Shown here in pieces: positions 1 to 9,910 of a stretch of DNA of 13,867 bases (within the stretch, counting starts at the first letter, position 1; each line of letters opens with the position of its first letter). The position numbers and the translations under genes are program-made. This DNA is from Zygophlyctis sp. KS116. Taxonomy: Eukaryota > Fungi > Chytridiomycota. The stretch lies in assembly GCA_054661495.1 (NCBI GenBank), contig BAAFSQ010000262.1:1-13867 (forward strand). Reading direction: 5' to 3'. The notes under the pieces are model-generated. The model saw nothing but the letters and a program-made list of their open reading frames with translations. It was not told the origin of the DNA and did no database searches.

Positions 1-140
1 CGGCGCAAACTGCAGCTGCTGATGTTCCCCGTAACAAAACCTTTTCTCCGCGACTGGTAAAGGTGACCCCTTCACAGGTGGTGGAGATTTCGCTGGAAAA
101 TAATCTTTCTCATAATGTACCCATTCCGATTGATATAATA

Positions 141-1935
141 ATGGACGATGAATCGGCTTCCACCACTCCATCCAAGGCCGTGCTTAAAAAATCGGTCACG
201 AAACGACCAGACAAAGAAAAATCTGATATTGTAGATTTGGATTGGAAGAAGATAAGCTATCATCATATGAAATTCGAAACTAAAAGAAGAAACGCCTATG
301 CAGAATTAGATGCTTCTATATCATTAGAGATATTAAAAATGAACAGCACCATATCTGAATTAGAGGTTTTGCTATTTGAAAATGCGCCGGATTTAATTGA
401 TGAATTTTCAGGAAGTTTAAATAGACTTAAGAATCAAAAAGATTGCTTTAAGCAATTAAAAGATACATATTTGAAGCAGGTATTAATTTTATCGTTAATT
501 TTATTATTAGTTTTCTGAAATAGAAGATGAAGAGTCTAAGTTTTTTTCGGACAAAGCAAAATTGGTTGGTAATCAAAGGAAGAAAAGTACACATGATGCA
601 AGTTTAGGATCCAGTAATCAAAGCTCACCTGAAAAACAACCATCAACAATATCTTTAAATTCTAGTCCGGTTTCTAAAAAAGATCACATTAATCAGGAGT
701 ACAACCCCTCTATAATTGGAGAATCCAATGAATTCTTTCCCGCCAATCCTCGAAATGACTCACATGTATATTCATCTTCTAACGGACTGGTTTCAATCTC
801 AAGTATTTTGGATGGAAAACCTCGTTCGTTGTTATTTTCTAACAGTAATTCTGCTGAATCACTTGATGGAATTTTATTTTCTACTACTTTAGAAAACAAA
901 TTTCAAGTCTGGGACATTCCAAGTTTTTCCCCAATTAAATCGATCTCATTTAACGGTGAGAGAGAAAAAAGTGAAAAAATAACTCTCCCAGAGGATATGG
1001 TAATTGTTTTATCTTTTATAATTTTTAGTGCTGGGTTTCTCCCAATAGTATCTTAATTTCTTCAAAAAGTACTGAAAAAGTGAAAGATCAAGAGTGGAAT
1101 AATTTATCACTCTTATACGACCTGAGGAGATCTATTAAGCCTGGTGGTTTCAAATACAAGGTTTTAAATTTCAAGGAACATGGTCATGGTGCCATATCAG
1201 TGATTAAGGGCATCTCAAATACAAGTAGAAATATGACTCGATGGATTACAGGGGGGTACAATAACAAAGTTTACATATGGTCCATTGGTGATTTGAGTGC
1301 AGACACAACACTCGATTCAAAGCTTTTGATGGATGAACATACCAGTACTGTTACAGCCTTACATTACTGCAATTATAGAAATTTGATTTATTCTGGTGGA
1401 TTTGATGGAAAAGTTTTTGCGTATAATGTAGATGGAACTGTTCAATCGTCATTTAGTATGAAACCCAAAAAAATACGAGATATTTGTCAGATTGGATCAA
1501 AACCATCGGATCTTTTAATTGCGTAAGATTTTAAATTTATTAATCAAAAGGACTTCGGATCGAGAGAGTGAATTTTTAATTTATGATGCTCTCAATAATG
1601 CTCCTGTAATGCAGTTTGGATCTAGGAAGCAGTTAACTACGGCCGATGACAAAATTGAAAGAGTTCGGACAATGTATCAGCATTCTGCAGTTCATCCTAA
1701 TGGATATTTAGTTTGTATGGGTGATCACAACACTTCAAAAATCAATATGTGGGATATCCGTAAGCCAACCATTCCACTGCAATTTGATGTTCATGATAAG
1801 GGACAAACTGATAGAGGTAAATCAAAGTATCACTCCCTGGTTCTTGGTTTTCATAATGAAGGAGATAAACAGTTTTTGTATTCATTAGGATCAGATAAAC
1901 GGATTGTCCGAATCGATTTAGGTTCCGTTTTCTGA
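141..1935 (+). CDS. Coiled-coil plus WD40-repeat protein of unknown function (spliced; about 568 aa from ATG 141; 5' end uncertain)
   Basis: Exons 141-479, 511-999, 1029-1522, 1551-1935, joined by GT-AG introns 480-510, 1000-1028 and 1523-1550. The joins link four ORF-track fragments in frame (LKQ|FSE, PEDM|CWVS, LLIA|TSD). WD-like repeats include FQVWDI, ITGGYNNKVYIW, EHTSTVTAL...YSGGFDGKVFAY and KINMWDIR. The frame is also open back to position 3, so the true start may lie upstream of the window. Confidence 0.85.
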
Positions 1936-1971
1936 TATTTCCGCCTGCTACCATTTCATTAGTGAATAAAT

Positions 1972-4900
1972 ATGTCTTTATCCAGTATCATTGATAATGA
2001 GTTGGCTGGAAAGGAGAATGTGCCGTTAGAAGAGAGAAATAATGTACCAAAAGGCAAGGAATTCACGACTTACGAGACGCTGCGAGAGGAATTTGTGCGC
2101 CCTGAAGGCCAAACTTCAATATTTGATGATAATGTGGAAGATATTCTGGAAATGAATGCAGCAATAGCAATGCTGACAAAGAATAATATTGCTGACCCCT
2201 TGGATACAGAACATGAATTATTTGGAGAAGAGAAGCAGAACCAGCAACTCGATCAGGAAGATCTTGCGTTAAATACAGGAGCTGTTTTAGCAAAGCTGAA
2301 TGAACAGCAAACTGATAATATTCTTTATGATTCAGACGGAAATCCTTTGGACAATTACGAATCTGATGTATTTTATATATTCCTTATCAAATAGGACGAG
2401 AGTTTAGAACAAGAAGAACAAAAGCATCCTGGTAAGAATTATTCTGTTAAAATATAGTAAATAATGAAATGGAATTGCCAATCAGACTGGGTTATCTCAA
2501 TATGAACAGATATCTTTTGGAAAATGGATTAACAACGTAATTATAAGTCTATTGAATTTTAGGAATATATCTGAACAAAAGGCCGAAGAAAGGCAGAATT
2601 TGGATGAGGTATTAAAATCGGAGGAACCATATATCAAAAAACTCAAAGTGGATCGAGTTGTTGATTCATCCAATCATCGGTTCTCGCAAGAAATAAAATT
2701 TGGGAATCTTGAAGATTTAGATTCGGAGGATGATATACTAGAAGTGGTTGAAGTTCATCAGGTTAAAAAAACAAAGTTGCCGCCAAGGGTAACGAAGCAT
2801 CAAGAACTCTTAAGGCTGGCGCAGGATCAGGCTAAGAAAAGGCGAAAGGACGATCAGGATTATATAGCTTATCGAATTGCAGAACAAAAACGGAAAAAAC
2901 AATTACGAAAAGAAGCAAAGCTTGCCCAAGAAGTCGAGGATAAAAACACGACAGAGAATGAAAAAGCATCTTTAAAGAAGCTAGTCAAGGTGAAAATATC
3001 ACATTTAATACCTAGAAAGGATTAGATGATGTCCACGATAATATAATTGATTGTCCGAATCCGACCATGTCAAAGGCAGAAATAAACAAATTACTCACTG
3101 AAGAAATAGATTCTAATCAGAAAACAATAGCCAATTCATCTGAACAAAATTCAGAAGAAGAGTTAAGTACTAGAGAGCTACCTTCATCCCAGGGTGCATT
3201 TAGAAAATGTGGACAGGACGATGATAGTTTGCCTGAAGGGTATTGCGAAACGACTAAATTTAGAATTATTGATGAACTTAATTCTCAGTCAGAAGACGAA
3301 TTACGGTCTGAAAGTGATTCTAGATCACTAGATGCTGTGACAATGGGACAATCTCACTCCTCTGCTGAAATGTGCGTTTCAGAAGAGGAAGATGAGTCTG
3401 CTTCTTCCTCTCCAAAAAATCACCCGACTGGTTTGCTTAATAGTTCATTCAAAACTACTAATCTGCAGTCCAATTCAGCTGATGATATGCTAAATCTACT
3501 TTCAGGACAGTTCATAATTCCTAGTGAAAATCAAATCGAAAAGGACTTTGAAGTAATTGATAACGTACACAGAAGCGAAAAAATTGGTCCATCTTTTATT
3601 TATGACACAGCTTCACAGAAAATCGTAGCCCCTGAAGGTATGCATATTTATGTTGCTGATATGTAGCTCTTAGTGACCCGCTTGGGTGTGATAATGCTGG
3701 GGCTGATAATACGTTTGTCCGGCATATTATAAATTCTTCAGAAAGTAATACACAAAAAAATCAAGCAAATCAGGACTCTAACTTATCTATGACCGAAAGT
3801 GAGGCCTGTGATTCTGAAACCGCCCATTTTAAAAAAATCGTGTCATCTGATGATGACGATGAAGCTTTAGAGAGTGCTCCTGTAACTTCTCGTTCACTTC
3901 GAAATGTCAATGAAGTTTTAATGAAAAAAGATATTCCAAAGAAAGAACCTATTAAAGTTTCAGCCCCTTTCTTCAAGACAGCGTTTGTAGAAGAAGAAGC
4001 AGATGTAGAAGAAGATGAATTTATGAACTTTGGCGGAATAGATGGGGAAATTGACGCTGGTTTAGATGGTTATGATCCCGAATTCGTTGCAGAAGCTGAT
4101 AAAGAGGTCGTTGAAGATTATGATGATGTAATTGAACTACATAGGTATATCTCAGGTCTAAAAATAAAGAAAGCAAATGCAACAAAAGCATGAAACTGAC
4201 GTATCAAAGTTGCTACATGATGTGACAACTGGAAACCTTCGAAAACGCGCTCAGAGGGGATCAAACGGCAAAGGTTTAGATACTGATAGTGACGAAGAAA
4301 ATGATATGCTCCTTAGAAAGATTAGAAAAAAAGCTGCACCTGCATTCATGCTCGATGATGTCGATGATGCCGATATGACAAATTTACAAAAATTAGGTAG
4401 CGTTTTATTAGCTAAGAAATTAGCGGCCGATCCTAGATCATTAGCATTTGCAAAATGTTTTGTTAGGGAGGAAATTGATGACGAAGGATGTATATCCTCG
4501 GATGATGAAACTGCTGGGCTGTTGCCAAATCAAGCGAACCCCGGATTAAATAGTAAAGGGGAAGATCTCAGCCGCAAATCAGAGAATAAAGAGGCAAGCA
4601 GTAGCTCAGAAGTTTCTGAATCTGAAAATGAGAAATCTTTTGTCATTGCTAAACGCCACACAAATGTGCGATTCATTCTATTTTTAATTAATATATAGAA
4701 GTTGGCTTCAAAACTCAAATTGTCCGATGATGAAGAATCAGATCATTCTTTTAAAGAAAATACATTAAAAAATCTTGATACAGAAGAAATTCTCGATCCG
4801 GAATATTACCATACCACTCTTTCAAGTGAAAGATTAGGACTCGATATTTTTGGAATAATGAAAGAAAGGAGACAAAGGGTTCAAAATTCAAAGCGGAATC

Positions 4901-5240
4901 AAGTACATACATCCGAATTGTCTAAATATGCATCTAAGCGAACTATAGAGTCAACTAGAATATCGCAAAAACAGTCGTTCGCGGTATTTGCAACTGAAAA
5001 ATCAAGAGGAAATAGGACATTGATGAGTAAAGAGATTGACCCCAAAGCTCAGAAGAAAACATTTCAGGCGTTTCAAATAGGTTCTTCTAATAGTGCTGAT
5101 GTCCGATCTTGTGAATCCCAACCTACCGTAAGTTTGCAGTTAACTTAATTATAAAGAAATCTGTTTTGGAAAAAAACAAAAAAGATAAAGGCCAGCCAAA
5201 CTTCAAGATAGTATCATTACTAACGAGAAAGATGCAATAG
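1972..5240 (+). CDS. MRC1: Mrc1/Claspin-like replication checkpoint mediator (about 1006 aa, 10 exons)
   Basis: Exons 1972-2367, 2395-2431, 2458-2536, 2563-2989, 3016-3637, 3667-4144, 4170-4396, 4424-4665, 4699-5127, 5157-5240 total 3021 nt. The protein is acidic and low-complexity with a KE-rich coiled coil. It carries the MRC1-domain-like segment FVEEEADVEEDEFMNFGGIDGE...ELHRKQMQQKHETDVSKLLHDVTTGNLRKR. Intron 4397-4423 is in frame and stopless, so it is less certain than the others. Confidence 0.8.
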
Positions 5241-5302
5241 ACAGCATGGAAAGATTTGCGCCCCCGTTCTATAATTAGATCAGCCACCGGCAAAACTAAG
5301 AA

Positions 5303-6653
5303 ATGAAGTTTACCCAAAGCATTCTTTGTCTGTTTGCAGTGAGAGTCCTGAGAGCTCTTTCTTCAGTTGAACCTCCAGATGGAAGTATCTGGTTTGGAGC
5401 TTGGTAAGTACAATAGATCTCATTCTGAAGGCTTTCAGGTAATGATTCCTCCCCTGGGGCTAATGATGGGGACCGTCCAGTCAAGTTTAATCAGAGAATG
5501 GGATTCAAAGCTGGAACATTTCAATTTGCCCAAAACATTCCTCTTGATCAACCAGGTCTAACATTCTCTGCCGGTAATTGGATATTCTCTGACTCTAGAT
5601 CAAATATATGCTACAAACAGCTCAGCATTGATTTTTCTTACAGTTTACCCAGATAAAGGGATAGATCGGGTTACTGATAATGATATTAAACTGTTGGCTG
5701 AACAATGCCGACAGTTAACAGTTGTTGCGCAAAGAAGCTTAATCATCCGTTTTGCCCCAGAGATGAATGGAAACTGGAATTTATGGGGTCAAAGACCAGC
5801 CGCATTTGTAGAGCTATGGAAAAGAGTTTATAATGGGGTAAAGGCAGATGCCCCAAAGACTGCATTTGCTTGGTCTCCATCTTCCAGCAACGGATGTATT
5901 AATTTCTAGTTTTTTAACATTAGATCCATTCGGAGTTCCTACTGGTACTGCTTCAGACTTGTCCCTTATGGATACAAACAAGGATGGGGTGGTTGATGAA
6001 AATGGTAAGTTAATACTTATCGGTACTAAGTTTAAGATGATGGATATTTGCCATTTTATCCAGGAGATGAATTTGTTGATTGGGTAGGAATGTCAATCTA
6101 TACTTATGGTACAAAGTTTCCATGGTCAGACAATATAATCGCTGAACCAGGAAAGTTCGAAGTATATTTAAATGGTGGTGATTTCTATAACAAGTTTTCC
6201 ATACTTAAAGGAAAGCCCATGATGGTTGCAGAAACAGCAGCTTCATTTTACACCAATACTCCTTTAGGACCTGGTGTTGGGGAACTTGCCACTAAACAAT
6301 CATGGTGGCGTCAATACATCACTAATTCAACATTTTTGGACCTTTATCCAAAGATAAAACTCATATGCCTGTTTGAATTTGCGAAATATGAAGAAAGTAA
6401 GAATTAAAAGACTAAAAGAACAGCATATGGTCCTCCGGCCAACATCCCCTCATTTCGTGACTTCAGGATTTCTACCAATCCAGAAGTTAAAGCAGCATTT
6501 TTGAGTGACTTTCAACAAGTTTCAGACCGCTACATAATGGGTAATAGCTTGATAGCAAAGCAGTTCGAAGGCAAGAAGAGAAACGGCGCTTATCAACAAG
6601 TCGGTGCTTCTATGTCATTGGCTTCTTTCTTTGCTCTATTTTTACTCTTATAA
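5303..6653 (+). CDS. Secreted, putatively GPI-anchored glycoside hydrolase family 26, copy 1 (about 403 aa)
   Basis: Exons 5303-5403, 5431-5573, 5599-5895, 5924-6004, 6037-6396, 6424-6653. N-terminus is signal-peptide-like (MKFTQSILCLFAVRVLRALSS). GH26 motifs are IRFAPEMNGNW (acid/base Glu), YPGDEFVDWVGMSIY and KPMMVAET (nucleophile Glu). C-terminus is hydrophobic (SLASFFALFLLL-stop). Confidence 0.88.
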
Positions 6654-6744
6654 AGCTCTAGACGATACGTAAACACGAATCTTGAAAGATTGAACCTGGT
6701 TATGTCAGGCGTGAACGTCATTCCATTGTTTCTTGATTTAAAAT

Positions 6745-8135
6745 ATGATTCAAATTCTTTCTATTCTTCTCTTAACTGCGACGCAAGCAGCAGTCAATGA
6801 GCCACCAGATGGTAAATTCCTTTTAGGATTCTGGTAAGTTGAGACTCCTTTAAGTATCAATTAGGCTTCAGACAAATGATTCAACTCCAGGGGCTAATGA
6901 TGGAGATCGACCAGTAAAATTGAACAATCGAACTAATTTCTACTCTTCCTTTTTCCAGTATTCACAAAACCTTCCAATCGGTCCGGATATGTTTCCTTTT
7001 CCTGATGATCAGATTGATGCGACCAACACCAATGCATTAGCTGTATTGACAGTCTATCCTGTTCCTAATGCATGGACAATTACTGATCAAGATCTCAAAC
7101 AACTGACAGATCAATGCTCCCGGCTGAATAATCAAGCGAAAAGACGTCTGCTTATTCGTTTTGGACCTGAAATGAATGGTTTTTGGACTCCGTTGTTTCC
7201 TTACCAGCAGCAACCTTCAGAATTTGTTGCTCTTTGGCGAAGAGTCTACACTGCAATCAAGGCTTCTTGTCCAACAACTGGCATGATATGGTCGCCCAAT
7301 TTTGGAACCGGGTGTAAGATCTATTCTGGATAATTTTAGATCCATACCGTACTGTTACTGGCCTGAGTGCAGCGAACTTGGCACTCTTGGACACTAATAA
7401 TGATGGTGTTGTGAATAACCAAGGTACTTGTATTTTCCATTTCTAAAGCCAGATGATCCATACTCTCCATACTACCCAGGTGATGAGTATGTTGATTGGG
7501 TTGGTCTTTCTGTTTATACATTTGGATCTTCTTTCCCATGGTCTGACAACATTATTGCACCTGCAGATAAGGCGTCTTCAATTATCGACTACCGTGGTTA
7601 TTATCAAGAATACGCAGCAGGAAAGAATAAGCCATTCTTCATTGCAGAAACGGCTGCTGCATTCCATGTTAACACACCTTTGGGACCCGGAGTCGGTGAA
7701 CTCGCAACTAAACAGTCATGGTGGCAACAATTTATAACTAACAATGCTTTCTTGGATCGGTACCCAAAGATTAAAGCTATTTGCCTTTTCGAATATGCAA
7801 AGTTTGAAGAAAGTAATATTTATTAGATCTTAATACTAGCATTTGCAGACGGTACTCCCGATTTTAGAGATTTTAGAGTCACTTCTAATCCTAACGTTTT
7901 ACAAGCCTTTCTACAAGACTTGAAGGGAGTAGAATCTAGATTGATTCTTGCAGAAGATTTTCGTGGGGCCACTTCACCAGGAGTCAGTGGAAAACCACCA
8001 TCTGTTGGGACTACTACTTCAGGCTCAAATGGAGGTATCGGGGGGCTCCCAGGCAGAAAATCCAATGATTCTGTTTCGATAATTGTCTCCAAAAGTCTTT
8101 TGATTGGGCTCTTTCTATTTTTTATTTTGTTTTAG
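6745..8135 (+). CDS. Secreted, putatively GPI-anchored GH26, copy 2 (about 425 aa)
   Basis: Exons 6745-6833, 6865-7313, 7340-7423, 7453-7812, 7840-8135. Signal peptide MIQILSILLLTATQA. Motifs RFGPEMNG, YYPGDEYVDWVG and KPFFIAET. A G/S/T/P-rich linker is followed by the hydrophobic tail LLIGLFLFFILF-stop. Confidence 0.88.
6953..7930 (+). repeat. 978-bp direct repeat, unit A (identical to 8641-9618)
   Basis: Constant offset of 1688 nt. I found no mismatch by eye, and the ORF-track translations in several frames are identical between the units. Mismatches flank the tract at 6952/8640 and 7931/9619. Confidence 0.93.
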
Positions 8136-8430
8136 CCCATGAAAAAAGTCGTCGTTGAATGATTTGTTGACCCGTGTGACTGTAAACGCCTATTATCATC
8201 TTACCAACCCAATGATGACTCACGGTACAGAAATCTATTTTTCGAGAAGTGCATGGTAAAATAAGAAATTGTTAAAGTGTCGGAGATAATACAAGAACAA
8301 TATTCTCAGAAATTAATGCGGAATAAATGTTCTATTTACGGACAGATATCCTTTAGACTTGATCAGCACCGAGAAATTCCTTCTGTTTCTTGGGCAAGGT
8401 TCGTAAATTTGTTTTTCCCAGTAAATTCAA

Positions 8431-9838
8431 ATGAAGTACTACATTCTTCTCAATTTAATATGTTCTCTTTGTGTTGCATCAGTCAATGAGCCACCAGATG
8501 GTCAATTCCTGCTAGGATTCTGGTAAGTTGAGATAACAGTAATATCAATAAGGCTTCAGACAAATGATTCAGCTCCGGGCCTGAATGATGGCGATCGCCC
8601 AATTAAGGTCAATCAAAGGACCAATTTCTATGCCTCATTCTTCCAGTATTCACAAAACCTTCCAATCGGTCCGGATATGTTTCCTTTTCCTGATGATCAG
8701 ATTGATGCGACCAACACCAATGCATTAGCTGTATTGACAGTCTATCCTGTTCCTAATGCATGGACAATTACTGATCAAGATCTCAAACAACTGACAGATC
8801 AATGCTCCCGGCTGAATAATCAAGCGAAAAGACGTCTGCTTATTCGTTTTGGACCTGAAATGAATGGTTTTTGGACTCCGTTGTTTCCTTACCAGCAGCA
8901 ACCTTCAGAATTTGTTGCTCTTTGGCGAAGAGTCTACACTGCAATCAAGGCTTCTTGTCCAACAACTGGCATGATATGGTCGCCCAATTTTGGAACCGGG
9001 TGTAAGATCTATTCTGGATAATTTTAGATCCATACCGTACTGTTACTGGCCTGAGTGCAGCGAACTTGGCACTCTTGGACACTAATAATGATGGTGTTGT
9101 GAATAACCAAGGTACTTGTATTTTCCATTTCTAAAGCCAGATGATCCATACTCTCCATACTACCCAGGTGATGAGTATGTTGATTGGGTTGGTCTTTCTG
9201 TTTATACATTTGGATCTTCTTTCCCATGGTCTGACAACATTATTGCACCTGCAGATAAGGCGTCTTCAATTATCGACTACCGTGGTTATTATCAAGAATA
9301 CGCAGCAGGAAAGAATAAGCCATTCTTCATTGCAGAAACGGCTGCTGCATTCCATGTTAACACACCTTTGGGACCCGGAGTCGGTGAACTCGCAACTAAA
9401 CAGTCATGGTGGCAACAATTTATAACTAACAATGCTTTCTTGGATCGGTACCCAAAGATTAAAGCTATTTGCCTTTTCGAATATGCAAAGTTTGAAGAAA
9501 GTAATATTTATTAGATCTTAATACTAGCATTTGCAGACGGTACTCCCGATTTTAGAGATTTTAGAGTCACTTCTAATCCTAACGTTTTACAAGCCTTTCT
9601 ACAAGACTTGAAGGGAGTGCAGTCTAGATTAATGCTTGCAGAGGATTATCGTGGGGCCACTTCACCAGGTATAGGCCATTATCCACCAGTCATTGGAAGT
9701 ACGAATCCTTACTCGAATTTAGGAATTGGTAGTCTCGGGTCCGCCAAAAGGAATAAATCTTCCCGTAGATATTTGTTAGATACCTCATTATTGCTTATCC
9801 TTTTGGTAGTACAAATAGTGATTTTTGAATGGATTTGA
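8431..9838 (+). CDS. Secreted, putatively GPI- or membrane-anchored GH26, copy 3 (about 431 aa)
   Basis: Exons 8431-8522, 8553-9001, 9028-9111, 9141-9500, 9528-9838. Signal peptide MKYYILLNLICSLCVA. The catalytic core is identical to copy 2 but the tail differs (LLLILLVVQIVIFEWI-stop). Confidence 0.85.
8641..9618 (+). repeat. 978-bp direct repeat, unit B (identical to 6953-7930)
   Basis: Same evidence as unit A. The tract includes three introns that are identical between the units. Confidence 0.93.
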
Positions 9839-9910
9839 TCATAGCCACTGATCGGCTCCCGCCACTCCTGCTGGTTCTAATAATACTTTTTGTTTGTTTA
9901 CGGCCAATAA

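Noticed and set aside
57-77. Possible 21-nt intron gtaaaggtgaccccttcacag
   Set aside because: It is in frame, stopless, shorter than all supported introns and not required.
1-124. Possible divergent minus-strand gene starting at ATG 124 with a 28-nt GT-AG segment
   Set aside because: The product is unrecognisable, it would start only 16 nt from ATG 141, and the + frame is open across the region.
1817-1840. Strong donor G|GTAAAT suggesting a 24-nt intron with a non-canonical TGG end
   Set aside because: There is no AG at the expected distance and no branch motif, and the frame is open without it. It cannot be supported without RNA data.
8277-8489. 70-aa ORF in the spacer between GH26 copies 2 and 3
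   Set aside because: It starts at GTG, has no recognisable motif and overlaps the start of copy 3 out of frame.
6953-9618. Direct repeat interpreted as LTRs or a transposon
   Set aside because: The repeat is GH26 coding sequence, with no terminal motifs, target-site duplication or transposase/RT ORF.
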